Of a stretch of DNA of 64,000 nt, positions 1-14,071 are shown piece by piece. How positions within the stretch are numbered: the first letter of the stretch is position 1; every line of letters starts with the position of its first letter. Both the position numbers and the translations under genes were made by a program. The notes under the pieces were generated by a model that was not told the DNA's origin, did no database searches, and saw nothing but the letters and a program-made list of their open reading frames with translations. This DNA comes from Euglena gracilis (Eukaryota): NCBI GenBank assembly GCA_039621445.1, contig CP154954.1, positions 46,603,847 through 46,667,846 of the forward strand, read 5' to 3'.

Positions 1-1181
1 AAGCATCCAGGAGCCCCCCCCTCCCCCCTGCCGACCCATTATACCAGTGACCATGCGGACGGAAACCGTCTGCGGGAGGTAATCGCCTCTTATTGCGTCG
101 TGAAGGAGCTACTGCTGTGAAGAACTTGGCAGCCGGGAAACCTGGCAAGCCGCTAAGTGACGCACAGCACACAGCGCGCACGCCGTAATAATAGGCCAAC
201 TTGTCACTTTTCGGCCCTAAGGCACTTAAGGCTGCCAGACAGCAAAAATTCTGTTCTGGCCTAAGCCAGCCCCCCTCTCCTCCCTACTTTCCCCCCACCC
301 CCGCAAAGCTGTCGCCGGCAGTCGGTTTTGTAAGTAGGCTTTTGTTTCCTAGTGCGGATATGACCGCCTAGGACCCTTATCCGGGTATGACCAGGATAAG
401 CGCCTGCCCCCCCCTTCCACACCTCTCCCTTGGGTTTTCAGCAAATCGCTTGACCAACCCCGCGTGCCTTTGGCACACCCAAACTGGGTGGATGGGCCAC
501 TTTGTCAGGAAACCTGCCAAGCCCCGTTTCCCACAGTGGGCTTTTTCACACCCCACCTAAGCCGAAACGGCTAATAGGTAACCGCGAAACGCGGCTAACC
601 TTTTGCGCGTTTTTGGGCTTTGGGTGGATGCCACTGTGTGGAAAGGAGAGACACCGAATGTAGAAGTGAACCCCACCTGGGGCAGCGTCAGATATCCTGA
701 CTGGACTGGGAAACCCTGGTCCATGAAGGAAATCGGGCGTAGCCCTGGGAGGGGGATGTGTACCAGGCACGTCCCAGCTCTGTAGGATATCTGCAGAGTG
801 GGTTCTGTGACGGTCGCACCACTGTGAAACCCACAGCTGGTAAGATCGTGGCAGACCCTTCTGGGATCTGCCCCTGGACACGTCAGCACTTTTCTCTCCT
901 TCCCCCACAGGTGGTATTCTTTACTGTCATCAATTCCAAGTTTCACCATTGGTTTTGTCAGAGGGAAAAACCCTCGGAACAATCAAGACTGAACTCAGAA
1001 GAAACTTCTGAGACATTGCTTTGTGCTTTGCTCCTTGGGGAAGTGGGAATCAAAGGGGGAAAACCACTTTTGTTACTCCAGAGACTTTTCCCTACCATAA
1101 GTAGGCCGCGTACCGAGGTGAAAGCGCAAGGCTTTTTCAGAAAGTTCCAAAAAGGGAAAAAGGGAAAGCTTTGGACGTACA
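1..1181. repeat. LTR-like long repeat family A, copy 1 (left end outside window)
   Basis: Colinear with 5605-6787 with scattered substitutions. Both end sharply at ...TTTGGACGTACA (TGTACGTCC on minus) with unrelated flanks (GTACCG vs CTGGAG). Confidence 0.8.
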
Positions 1182-4100
1182 GTACCGCTCGCCGAGGTCG
1201 CAAAATCCGCCCGCGGCGATGCACGTCGACGCTGAGGAGGAAGCTCCACCAGCGCCAGACGTGACGGCAGAACGGGCACGTCGGGAAACCCGACCATCCC
1301 CAGTCGCACCAGTTTACTCGAACCGTGGTGACGCTGATCAGGAATTTGCTCGAACGCCAAGCACGGAATCCGTCACTTACCCTGTGTTTACGCCAGAAGA
1401 CCTAGAATACTGGGATTAGTGGGCGACATTCGAATGGCTGTCTAACGCAAAGGGTAAGGGGAAGGGTAAAGGCAAGGGTAAGGGGAAAGGAAAAGGCCAG
1501 GAGAGAGGTGGGAAAGACCCACCTGGCAAAGGCGGAAAAGCCGCTTGGCCAACTCCAGGAAAAGGCGGAAAATCTGCCGGACCCCCAGCAGGCAAGGACG
1601 GAAAAGCCGCCGAACCTTATAAAACGAAGGACGATGACGTTACTGTAGTATTCACCTGCCTGCAGGACATCTGGCCGAAAATCGACGAAGATCTCCGGCA
1701 GTTTACACACACAAGCAACGCGATGCACCGACCACCGGATGCGGTGCTCGAAGTGGTGCAGAATCGTATGTACGATCACTGCAAACGTTTTTCTACAGCT
1801 CCGAACTTTATGCGTTTGAGGGATACCCTCATTCGGATGAAATTGTCCTGGACCGAATGTCCGGTTTCTGGGAGCTGTGGTTCTGGTTGGGATACCCCTG
1901 CCAGAACTTCGGCATCTTTACCGACCGAAACGGTCATACGTATGCCGACTGTTTGGGAACATGTCCTGACGACGAAACGTTCGTAGCACAGTTGAAGGAA
2001 ATCTTCAACCACATGTATTCCGTCGGATCACTGGGAATCCAGTGGAAATATTACCCCTGCCGGATAAACTCCAGGCGCAGGCTGCGGTAATGTTCACACG
2101 CAACCTCCAAGTATACTTGGACAGCATGTATGGCACGCTGTTCAAGGTGCTGGACGTCGACCTTGCGTACCCCCAGCGGTACAAACTGGAATGCCAGTTT
2201 TGCAAAGAAGTTCACATTGCTGACTTCTGGGGTTTCGGAGAACGCGTAAAACCGCCTCCGACTGCCGAAAGTGCCGGCAGCCAGCCGACCAGGAGTTTCC
2301 TCCTGCATCAGTGCCGGAAACCCCAGATCGGGACACAAGATCGAAAGGTGCTGAAACAGCACCGGCAGAAAATATTTCTGCTGCAACAGTACTGGCACAG
2401 GGCGTGGATTACTCACGTCCTGGAAGTCTACATTTATTTCCTGGAACAGATGACCACTGATGTGGATATCCACAGGAAGTGGTTACCTCGGGGATACACC
2501 GAGGTGGACGCCAGACCTCATGACCCAGACCGACGCAGGATTAACCTGCGGCCGGAATAGGAGCAGGCAGAACTTGGCCTGCGGGATCACCTGGACACCC
2601 GGTTCGGTTATATCCTCGACTGGAAGGAGTTCGAACCTTTCTTCGCAGCACGCGAGGTAAGCCACACTCGGTATGCGGTCCCATTACCCGCTTTCCAGGA
2701 AGACACATGAGAGCAGGGTATGGGATGGAACCTTCGATCGCAGTGGGAAGACCTCTGCCTGATCAACGAGGACGAGCCGCAACCTCCACCCGGAAGCTGG
2801 GTGAGAGCGTCGTGGCCGCCTCCATACCCCAACTCTGACAGGAGTGAAAGTATAAGCTTTTACCGCCTGTCCGACGCACAAGGGTGCTACAGAAGCAGAA
2901 AATACCCACGTACTGCAGCACAACTCCACACAGAGGACTACCCTCCGGAAGCGGAGGAGGAGGAAGAAACGGTCCCTATGGCCGATGATGAACCTCAGCC
3001 AGCGGAACCCCCGGCACGGGAAACCTGTAGCCCATCGGTCGTGATGCTGGACACTGTGGCAGAAACTTCCCAGCGCCCAGGATCGCCGACAGGTGAAATG
3101 ACGCCTGTCCCACTGTCGCCAGCATCACTGGGTACGACGGGCAGACCGACCCCTCCGCGGGAAAACCCGCCGGAGACGGTGCCCCACACGCCTGAGGTAT
3201 TACGCCTCAAGCTCCCTGTTCCCGGGGAAACCCCGTTAACAGAGGAGCCAGCCGAGGAGCCCACTTCAGGTGAGGCACGACGCACCTCGCTAGGCGGACG
3301 CGTACTCGGTGGTTTGCGGTCACTCATCGCAGTTGTCACCCCACGTGGCACTGCGGCCAGTTCTTCCACAGCTGCGGCGGAAGCTGCCCAGCCGACGGAA
3401 GACACACATGACACAAAAGCCATGGTGGAGGATGAACCTCCCCCAGCGGCGGCGCCACCGCCAGTGTCGGAAGCGACACGGACGGAAGGCGAACAGAGAG
3501 CAATGACAGTGGAGAAAACAACAATCGTGCCGGTACGGGATGAACCTGTATCAGCACCGGTAGCGCCAGCCGAGGCACGGGATGAACCCGCACCTCAGTG
3601 CACATCCATAGCCACTGCACCAAAGCATCCGGGCACACGGACACCGGCGCCTGAAAAGCAGGCCGAGCGGACGTCCATGCCCCCACCGCAGGCTCAACCA
3701 GCGCGAAGTGCGCAGGGCAAGCCTAAATCTACACCATCCCCCACGGCTACCCCTGGGAAACCCACGGAAGCCGCAAGGAACGCGTAGGACGACCCTCAGC
3801 TCGGGAAACCCCTGCTGAAGGTCAACGACGCTCGGTGTCGGGGAGAATACCCCCGTCCCAAGCGTCACCACGCACCTGGGCAAGCAAGCGCGACGCCGAT
3901 CGGCGGCCCTCGGATGCTCCGGAAACCGGAAGTCTGAAGGCCCCGGCAAATCAAAGTCGGGCGCCGCACCTTGTAAGCCCGCACCGAAATCTGGTGATCA
4001 GCCCCCTCCGAAAGGCGGTGGTGGTGCTGGCGGCCAGAGTGCTGCATCCTCCTCTCGGGGATCAACATCGGGACAAGGATTCACGCACGTCACATCATCC

Positions 4101-4565
4101 GGCTATGGGAAAGCCTCACAGCCGAAACCTGCGGCAAAGGGGCAGGGAAAATCCCGCACCTCAACAGCCGAGACACCCTCGGAAGACGAAGTCATCATCG
4201 ACTGGAACGCGGTCAATCAGGATGATCCTGAGATTCATGACCTGAAAAACAGGTACATGATGATCGACCACAAACTGAGGACACAGCAATGCCTCAACCG
4301 GTGGATTGAGCCACTGTTCTGTCAGGGCCGAAAATGGGCCTTTGACCAGAACGTGACCTGGAATTATTACAATTCCAGATCCCCCCGTGTTTTGGCCCAA
4401 TACTTCGGCGAGGAATTCCTCATCGACAAAACAACGGAAAACCATTTTGTGCGTTTTGTGTGGCTTTGCACTGTATGCCACAAGATGTATAACAGTGCAC
4501 CTGACCTTGGATTACTCCTCGTCCATGTGTGCAACCCTGTGGATCGGAAATCGTTCCATAAGGAT
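1182..4565 (+). pseudogene. Degraded long ORF(s) of unknown, probably TE-derived, origin with KG repeats, a Pro/Ala/Glu-rich linker and two CxxC...HxC motifs
   Basis: ORFs 1171-1419, 1723-1986, 1857-2090, 2042-2560, 2720-3787 and 4257-~4565 chain through single stops or frameshifts. GKGKGKGK at ~1450-1497. Motifs CQFC...FLLHQC and CTVC...LLVHVC. Confidence 0.55.
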
Positions 4566-4576
4566 GTATACATCCT

Positions 4577-4650
4577 ATATATATGTATATATATGTATGT
4601 ATATATGTATTTATATATATTATATATATTATATATATATATAGTATATG
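4577..4650. repeat. Imperfect (TA)n microsatellite
   Basis: Seen directly. Preceded by the 16-bp palindrome AGGATGTATACATCCT (4561-4576). Confidence 0.95.
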
Positions 4651-4709
4651 GATGTCCAGGCTCCATGAAGGCACTTACCTTACATGAGCCTGGTAATGCC
4701 GTTTCCGCA

Positions 4710-5600
4710 TTAAATCCGTTCCAGCCGCCAGTAATCATGGCGGGAGTCCAAGGGATCTTCCACAAGGACCATCTGGAATTGTGGTGGTGGTGGCTTATCT
4801 ACGAGCCAGGTTTCTGGCGATTCGTATTCGAAGTCAGGTGCCACCCAGTCCCGAACCCATCCTTCGGGGACTGTGTGCTTGGTTACACTCGCTCTTTCCG
4901 CGAGGAACCATTGCAGCTTCTCCCAGAATTTCCTGGGCAGAGTGGCTGGCCAGATGAAGTGATTCATCCGTGGGTGGTTTGCTGACACCTGCGGGGCGTT
5001 CCCCGGGTGGAAGTCAATCGGCCTGTGATACGCACATTCCGCGCGGACTGTATGGGGTCGTAATACGGCCCCAAGCCAGTCTTTCCAGGTCATCCGGTGT
5101 TCTTCGGGTGGCCATTGTGGCAGGCACTAGCGACCGTTTCGGTCCTGGGTTGTGAACAGGCGGAAAAATATCTTTTCCCTGTCCGCTGTCTCCCAGAGGT
5201 AAGGTAATCCTACCCCTGCTTCCTCAGCTGCGAGGCGTATCTCCCCACTGTCGATCTGCCCCCACGGGCCATTCCCGTGTGGCGGTAGTCGTCAAGTTTG
5301 AGGTTGGAGTACTTGAAAAAATAGTTGTACTTTTTGTGCAAGGTGGAGTATTCCTCCAGTGGCTTTTGGGCACTTGGCACGATTTTGCGAACTGCGCCTT
5401 CCGCAGTTTGTTAAAAGGTACCTCGAAGGCAATTGACGCAGAGTATCGGTACATTCGTACCGTCTCGCTCGGTGTAGCTAAAATTGTGCTTGTGGGTCCA
5501 ACTGTCCACGCACTTGGCGCATACCAAGGCGGCACAGTTGTAGCGGAAATGGCAGAACAGCCCTGGGATGAACTTGGGTCTGTGTCACTGTACGCTCTGG
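4710..5600 (-). pseudogene. Degraded ORF with a Cys/His-rich, partly RING-like N-terminal segment
   Basis: Manual minus-strand translation gives PKFIPGLFCHFRYNCAALVCAKCVDSW...PILCVNCLRG (5578-~5420). It continues past stops and a frameshift into GLPYLWETADREKIFFRLF and ORF 4710-5093. Confidence 0.4.
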
Positions 5601-5604
5601 ATGG

Positions 5605-6787
5605 AAGCATCCGAGACCCCCCCCCCCGCCACCAGCCCACCCTCTGCCAATGGCCATGCGGACAGAAACCGTCTGCAAGAGGTAATCGCCTCTTATTGCG
5701 TCGTGAAGGAGCTACTGCTGTGAAGACCTTGGCAGCCGGGAAACCTGGCAAGCCGCTAAGTGACGCACAGCACACAGCGCGCACGCCGTAATAATAGGCC
5801 AACTTGTCACTTTTCCGCCCTAAGACCTCTTAAGGCTGCCAGACAGCAGAAATTCTGTTCTGGCATAAGCCAGCCCCCCTCTCCTCTCTACTTTCCCCCC
5901 ACCCCCGCAAAGCTGTCGCCGGCAGTCGGTTTTGTAAGTAGGCTTTTGTTTCCTAGTGCGGATATGACTGCCTAGGAGCCCTATCCGGGTATGAGCAGGA
6001 TATGAGCCTGCCCCCCCCCTTCCACACCTCTCCCATCTGCTTTTCAGCGATTCGCTTGACCAACCCCGCGTGCCTTTGGCACACCCAAAGTGGGTGGATG
6101 GGCCACTTTGTCAGGAAACCTGCCAAGCCCCGTTTCCCACAGTGGGCTTTTTCACACCCCACCTAAGCCGAAACGGCTAATAGGTAACCGCGAAACGCGG
6201 CTAACCTTTTGCACGTTTTTGGGCTTTGGGTGGATGCCACTGTGCGGAAAGGAGTGACACCGAATGGAGAAGTGAACCCCACCTGGGGCAGCGTCAGATA
6301 TCCTGACTGGACTGGAAATCCTGGTCCATGAAGGAAATCGGGCGTAGCCCTGGGAGGGGGATGTGTACCAGGCACGTCCCAGCTCTGTAGGATATCTGCA
6401 GAGTGGGTTCTGTGACGGTCACACCACTGTGGAAAACCACAGCTGGTAGGATCGTGGCAGACCCTTCTGGGATCTGCCACTGGACACGTCAGCACTTTTC
6501 TCTCCTTCCCCCAAAGGTGGTATTCTTCACTGTCATCACTTCCAAGTTTGACCATTGGTTTTGTCAGAGGGAAAAACCCTCGGAACAGTCGAACTTGATC
6601 TCAGAAGAAACTTCTGAGTCTTTGCTTTGTGCTTTGCTTCTTGGGGAATTGGGAAGAAAAGGGGAAAACCACTTTTCGTTACTCCAAAGACTTTTCCCTA
6701 CCATAAGTAGGCTGCGCACCAAGGCGAAAGCGAAAGGCTTTTACAGAAAGTCCCAAAAAGGGGAAAAGGGAAAGCTTTGGACGTACA
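5605..6787. repeat. LTR-like long repeat family A, copy 2 (left boundary uncertain, at or before 5605)
   Basis: Matches 1-1181 and ends in ...GGACGTACA at 6787. Confidence 0.8.
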
Positions 6788-9700
6788 CTGGAGGTTGGTT
6801 GTCGTTTTGCGAGCATCCATTTGGACCCGAAAAGCCCTTGTACATCATATGTCGAACTCGAATTGAAGAACGCCTTCACCTCATTCGTGAAAAGAAAGGG
6901 AAGAGAAAATAAAACTTTCTCTTTTTGGAGCTTTCTTCTTCCTCACCCACAACATCCGTCATCTAAGGAACTGTGTACCAAGCACGATCCAGTTCTATGG
7001 TTCGCCATAGAACAACTCCGTCACAATCTGAATTCGGAGTATAGTCTCAGAAGTGGGATTGTGGCTGAGCTTGGGGAAATTCGTTCACAACCATGTGTGA
7101 TCACGCGACCTCCTCTGTGCAGGTGTTATTCTTTTCTTCGCTTGATTTCAAGTTTGATCTGTTCTGTGAAGTCCGGAAAGGACAGCCAAATCACTTGGCA
7201 TTATTTGTTGTAGCCCATAAGGCTCTTTCGCCTGCCTTGTGCTCTGCTGTCTTAAGTGGGGGAAAGGGCTTTACTACTTTTCAACAAATGTATTATCTTA
7301 TTTTTTTTGTTAAGCATTGACTCACTGAACAGGTAAGCCTCCTTCCCAGCGTGTGTCACACCCATCGGTGTTCGTGTCGAGTAATCATCCCCCCGCCCAA
7401 TGGGCACCCCCACACCCATCAGCGTCCACCTCTATAGAGTTACCCAATGCCCAACAGGCACAAGCCCTTTTGTTAGAAAGCCGATCAGCTATCAGCTATT
7501 CCCCCCTCTCGCACTGGTGCCGATAGGCACATTTGACTATAAGGAGGATGCGCCACGACAACTTTTTGTCAAGGGTGGGTTATAAACGCCGTGTTTTTTC
7601 CAACCCCTCCCCATGCGCTTCCCTTCACAAGTCCAATAGAACAAATGCCAGCACCACCTGATGCGGATCATTTTTCTGCATGACGGTGCCCGCTAATGCA
7701 AGCCCCGCAGAATCCATGAGCAATGATGTGGAAGAGTTGGGAAATACTTCCATTCATCCTGTTACCGTGATTCAGCGCATAGTGGCAAATCTCCCGGTTG
7801 ACCACCCGCTTGTGTGACAAATTTCTCCTGTACACACTTGTGTTGCAGATTGCGCTATGACGCTTAACAAGGTTTTGAGTCTTTGATGAAAACAACCAAA
7901 AGTTTGTGGAAAACAAGCTGGATTACTTATGGAGTTATGTGCGTGATGTTGGTGAATCTTGCCAAACGAATTTTCACTCCAACAATGTGGACCTAGCGAC
8001 TTTGCGTCAAGGTTTGCAGAAGTTGCATGAACCCCTCATTGAAAGTCCCAATTTGGGACAAGTTATCAATTTGCTGCAGTTATCTACCCTTGCAACTGCA
8101 TTTCAGGAAGCACAACGGCGCATTTTCCAGTTGAGCGGTGATTTCGCGAACTTTTCCCACTGTTTTTCCCAAGCGCATGAAATTTTTGCCCACTTGCACA
8201 TCCCCTTGGGGGTTGCCTTTTGGCCCCCTCAACCTGCCCCATCCTTTACCTACCCTTGCCTTGGCCAAAAAGGCTGTGGGGTCCCCTTGGGGGCCAGTGG
8301 GGCCTCAAAAGGCCCTTGGGGGCCTTGGAGCCCCCTCGCGGCCCTTCGTGGCCCCTTTGGGCCCCCTTGTGACCCCTCCTTGGGGCGGGCACCGCTGGAC
8401 CGCGCACAAGATGTCCAGTGGACCATAGATTAACAGCCAACGAGGGGACGTTAATTTTGACACAGCCAGACCCTGAAAATTTAATGTCTGCAGATTTAAC
8501 ATCTGAGTCTTCTAATCTGGCCATAGGGGGGCCAGCAGGGCTGTTAAATCATGCAGGGTCTAACATGGAAATCAGGAGGGATGAGGAAATGGGACTAGAA
8601 TTGCCAGTTTTTCAGCCCCCCCGTTTTTGGACCACGGCCACCCGAATCAAATTGTTAGATGATGGGGGGTGATGCTATGACTTTAGTTTGACTCTTTGGA
8701 CCAGGAATTGAGCTGGAGCATAACTAACCGGGAGAGCATAATTCCCTCCCAGGTCGTAATTGAAAATCGACTGGAAGATTGTGAGAAGAATTTGGCTGAA
8801 AAGAATGCCAGAGCACAGGCAGAACTTTTGCAATCCATTCCTGAAAATATGGGGAGGCGAACGGCTGAAGTGTGCAGCCAGTTTGAGCACGAAAAACCAA
8901 AACGTCAGGAGCAAATTCAGCAATCAGTCGGTCAATTTCTTTTTTGATGCCAGGATTGAGGGAGTGCTGTGGAAAACATTGCAGACAGCCACAAACCTCT
9001 TTTGGGGATTGAAGTTGAAAGGCAGATCGAAGGAAAGTTTCATGATCTTGAGAAAAAGTTACGAGATTTTCTGGGTGGTGAACTGGCATAACTTGAGAGC
9101 CATAGAAAAGATGGTCAGAAAAAATTGTTTGCGCCAGGTGGGTTGATCGAACAAGTTGGAATTTGTTTGCATTCTGTTGAGGGAATTAACTCAGATTTTC
9201 AGAAGAAAATTTTTTGCAGTTCGACAAGCAAATCGTGAGCTATGCTCTGGGGAGGACAGAAAAATTGCTGAAAACGCTGCTGGGCTGAAAATGGTGGGGG
9301 AGGAATCAAAATCAAGTTTTGGGACATTTACCCAGGAAAATCAGCAGCGATTTGACGCAACTGGAAACGAGAGCAAAGCTCTGGGGGGTAGGATCACAGC
9401 AACTGAGAAATTTCTGGGCAGCCAGGAGGTGCCTTGGGAGAAGGTGGTTGAAATGCTGGGGAAATCAGAAGCAACAATTCAACTGGATGTTTGGAGGGAA
9501 ATGGCCGCCCAGGTCAGAAAAATGATGAAATCTTTGATGGTGCAAATGAAGGATGAAAATCTGAGGCAACCCCAAAAGGAAGAACATTTTTAAAAATTGC
9601 AGACTGACATTGAAATGGAGTGAAACAGCAATTTTTCACAGTTTTGATGAACATGCAGACAGATTTTCAGTGTGAAAAGAGTTAACGGGATGGTTTGCAA

Positions 9701-11779
9701 AAAACCGTATCAAACTTTGCGGTTCGGGAAATTTCAGCCGAAAATGCACAGCAAACTGACCGCAAGGCTCCTGAAGTGGCCCAGCCCAACGCAATATATC
9801 AAAAGAATTAAGGATTTTTTGGAATTAAGAGGGTGTCACCGGCTCAATCATCTTGGATTTTCGGGGTTAGGGGGTGACCACAACGATGCCATGTGAAGTC
9901 TGGGATGTAGATCTGAGCGGGTGCAGACCATCAAGTAGTTTGCAGGGGGTGCAATTGCAAAAAATCAGGTCATTGGCATTTGTGCAATGGGGGAGGCACC
10001 CCAACGACCCGCAGTCATAAGTGTTGGTAACCCAGCGGTGCAGCATGTGTTTAGAAATTTGATTGCACCCAAATTTTCGGGGAAATCTCAGGATTGGCTG
10101 CAATTTTGTGAGGTTTGGCAGGCGTTTTCAAGGAAACTGAATTCTGCAGGGGGGGAAGTGAGTGAAGATTTCAAAATTGCTCTCTTGGAGGATTGTCTTG
10201 ACGAAACGAGCAAAAAAATTCTGAAGCTCCATCTCAATGAAGGGGAGATAAATTTTAATGCCGTTTAGGGTCACCTGGAAATGACATTTTCAGGGAATCA
10301 GGAAGGTGGGGCAAAACAAAGTTGGCAGCAGGTGAGCCTTTTTAATATGGGCAAAGTAGCCCTTGAGGACTGGCTTGAGTTTCAGGCAAAGCTCAATATG
10401 GCCAAGTGCAAGGTTAAGGATGTCGGGGAGGGGGAAGCAAAACGACATTTGTTGCAGAAACTTCCCTCATTCATCCTAAAATGGGTTTCATATGAGAGGA
10501 AATGGAGGCTGAATAATCAGCCACCCTTACGCCTAACGGTGCCAGTGAATAGGATTCAGAAATGATTTCGAACAGCTTGGGGAGAATGCTTGGGAAAAGA
10601 CCCACAAAAGTGTCGGAAATTCACGAGGGGTAATTAGAAGTCATTTTCCCTGACATTTCTGCCTATGAAAAAGTCAAAAGTTTTTATGGCAAAGAGTTTG
10701 ACGATTCAGTCGTTTTGTTTCAGGTTCAGGAAATTAAACCAATTTCGACCACCGAGGATATTTTCAACCTCGTGAAAACAAAGTTGACACTCAGAAACAA
10801 AAATGAAGCCTTGCAAAGTTGTTTTTCATCATCAGGCTATCAAGGGTTTAGGCGTTCAAGATCGGTTGGCGCTGAAAATCGATGGGGTGACAATCGGGGA
10901 GCCGGAAGGGTATACCCCGGGTAGGGCAACGAAACATCCCCCAACCAGAAGCAAATCACAAATCAGCGAAACAGCATAACCTGATCAATCTGTTGCGTTA
11001 TCATCCTCAAATGTGCAGACATCAAGCACTTCTTCAATGCTGAAAATTGTGGAGAACCCACCCAATGGGCAAAGACCGGTGGTGGGGGGGGCACAATGGA
11101 TCACACCCCCGTCACAATCAACAACGCCCTATTTTGCTAGACAAGCCCCGTGGAACAGAAACAATTTTCAGCCGTATGACAAAGGCAGCCAAGGGAAAGG
11201 AGGGAACAATTCCCAGGGATATGGGGAAAATAACACCCAATGGTATGGAGTGAACCAACAGGGGTACAAGGGGAAGGGTGGTAAGGGCAGGGGGAGACAG
11301 AAGGTTATGACCAGAATTTCAGTTCCAAAGGGGGGAATGGCAAGAACAATAACCCTACACCAACGATGGCCCCCCCTGTACGCCTTTAGGGATGCTGGGG
11401 TAAAATTTATCAGGGGCTTATGACCCCAGGCAGTGAAACCCCCAACCCCAGCTTCTAAACCTGACCCTTCCACCCATAAACACCAAACCACGAACAATCG
11501 AACCACAAACGAAATGACCGGGAGCGGAGCTTGGAGTGTAAGTCAAATTGGCTGGCCGAGTCCAGCGTGATTGAGTGAGGGAGCGAGAAGCCAAGACCCC
11601 CCGGAGCCAAGGAGGCACGGCGAGGAAGCGGGCGAAGAAGGTATGAAGGGGAAGCGAATCCCCTCCCATTCCTTTCGCGTGCACATCCCTCCCAATTCCA
11701 CATGCCAATACAAAACTCTCATGATTGTTTGAGTGGAAATAGGTGGGCCTCAAACAAAAAGTTGGCCAGAAACTTTCCC

Positions 11780-12380
11780 AGGGAATTGAACCTTTATACT
11801 GGGAAACATTCAGTGGAAAATTGGTTGCAGGAAAAGCGTTATGAGGCCATTTCAGTGGACATCAACCCAGGTTTTCACCGAACCCATCCCGTGGACATAC
11901 CTACCGTGGGAGTATCGAGCATACCCCCCTGGAAACTCTGAGTTCATAACGGCATTTGTGCCTTGCACAGGGTATAGCGGTGCTAAGACGGTGGGAGAAA
12001 GAAATTTGGAGTGGCAGACCAACTTGTGACAATAACTTTGTTAATCGTGGAATATTTTCAGCCCAAATTATGGTGGATTGAAAATCCCCGAACGAGACTT
12101 TTGCCAAAAACGCATTGTGTGCAACACTTGAATTTTATCGATGTGGATTATTGTCAATGTTCTGACTGGGGATACCAAAAACCCACTCGGATTTGGGGGA
12201 GTGAAAATTTGTTGAGTTTGAAAACAAACTTTGTGATGGGAAAAACCTGCCCGCATTTGATTGTGAGGGAAGGGGGTGGTTTGGTTCACAAAGAACAATT
12301 TGGAGGAAACGGAATGAGGGTGAGCATTCAACAAAAATGGGGGCCACCTGAAAAATTGGTTGAGTACCTTCTTTCGGTCC
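11780..12380 (+). pseudogene. C5 cytosine DNA methyltransferase domain, frameshifted (C1)
   Basis: Motif I-like LNLYTG, motif IV-like AFVPC, motif VI WIENP and DYCQ...GYQKPTRIW, split over three frames. Confidence 0.85.
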
Positions 12381-12906
12381 TTGATTTTAAGAAGAAAATA
12401 TTTTCCTTTAGGTATGAGGATTATGTCGTTCGAAACTCATTTGTGCAAATGATCGAGGAGAATTTTCAAATAAGGGCCGAGAGGAGAATCTTCAAAGAAG
12501 GGCCGAGGTGGATTTTTTTGCTTCTACCCAAAATTTTCAGTGCACATCATGTTTGACCGAGAAGGGAAATGCTTTGGCGGTACCATGGGGAGGGGTGGGG
12601 CACGGTTTGGTTGAACCCCCCCTTGGTCATTTTGGCCAAAGGTTGCAAAGAAATTGCGATTGCATCTTGAGTGATTGGAGCAAAAAGTTGGGTAAGGGAA
12701 TTTATCGGGAGGCATCAAAAAGTTTTATTTTCCACCCGGAAGCAAGCCTTAGTGTGAGGTGGGGAGTTTGGGCCTTGTTGATAGAGGGTAATACGTCCCC
12801 CGCTATCACCGGCAACCCCAAGAACCCTAGGATGGTAAAGTTGAAGTTACGAATGGCTAAAAGGAGGTACCCACCCACAGGGATTGAGAAATTTTTGAAG
12901 GAACGA

Positions 12907-13303
12907 CAACTTTTGATTCAGACTAGGGTTGTTTTGGGGAACGGTGAGGAAAAAAATATGGACATTTTGGGAGACACCGGTGCCGAGGCTAACCTCATTA
13001 GGCAAGGGTTAGTGAGTGAGCACCTGATGTATTCGGCCGAACACCCCTTGAGGTTTGAAACCACTAACGGTCAAGCCTTGAGTGGTGGGGGGAGGTGCAC
13101 TAATGTTGTGATGAAGTTGCAAGGGGAGGTGAGTGATAACACACCACCCACATATTTTGAGTACGATGTGGAATTTTATGAAGCCAATATCAAAGTGGAC
13201 GTAATTCTATCATACCAATGGCTTGTACGCACAAAAATCCGAGTTTTTCCACATCACCGTGCCTTGGTAGTGGAGGAACCGGAAGTGACATTTTTGTTCG
13301 GAG
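12907..13303 (+). pseudogene. Retropepsin-like aspartic protease (C1)
   Basis: ILGDTGAEANLI and VDVILSYQWL within ORF 12508-13584. Confidence 0.85.
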
Positions 13304-14071
13304 TGAGAGATCACAGGAGAAAACGGCAACAAAAAGTCCCTTGCACCCTACCCCAAGGAGGGGGTGTGACAAATTTGAAAAAGTTTGGCTTTCACCTTCC
13401 GATGGAGGGTTGTGATCAAAAGGTAAAAGCCTTGGACGAAGATTCACTCAAAAATTTGGGCAGGAAGTTGGAAACTGCAGGTGACAACCCCCTACCAATT
13501 CGCAAAATGATCATTGCAAGGGATGGGGAGGGTAGTAAAGAAACGGACTCCGAAGAGAAAGAGATAATAATAATAAAGCTATGAGACGAAATTTTTGGAA
13601 GGTATGATGGAACCGTATTTCGGTCTAAGGAACAACCCGACCCACCCGTAAGAGGACCATATGGTTATGCATTAATACCTTTGCAAGAAGGAGAACCTTT
13701 TTTCATGCACGGGGAACGAAAAGAAGCTTTGGAAAAAATCACTCAAGATTGGATCGATATGAAATTCATCGAGCCAGCCAAAACAAAATATTCAGAATGG
13801 CTCTCACAAACATTCCCCGTGCCAAAAAGTCAGCCGATTTCCCTTGGAGGGGGTTTTTGACGCAAGGGGACCCAACAGCCAAACCAGTAGATGCAACCGC
13901 CGTCTTCCTAAAATCGAAGACATCCTGGTGAAGCATGGTGCAAAAGATGTCGCATTTTGGATATAAAACATGCCTTCCACCAACAGCCGCTTTACCCGCA
14001 TCGCAGGCCTACTATAACTTGCTCCTTCCCAACAAAGGGTCTTTACCAATGGAGGGTGGATGTAATGGGGT

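Noticed and set aside
4367-4765. YIYIY-rich ORFs
   Set aside because: Translations of the (TA)n microsatellite.
1-6787. Repeat A copies 1 and 2 as the two LTRs of a single element
   Set aside because: No PBS or PPT next to position 1181, no gag/pol between them, and noticeable divergence. Two independent insertions are more likely.
8410-8432. Possible LTR end and PBS of element C (...GATGT(T/C)CA GTGGACCATAGATT)
   Set aside because: No second C LTR in the window to fix boundaries, and only a weak match to a tRNA 3' end.
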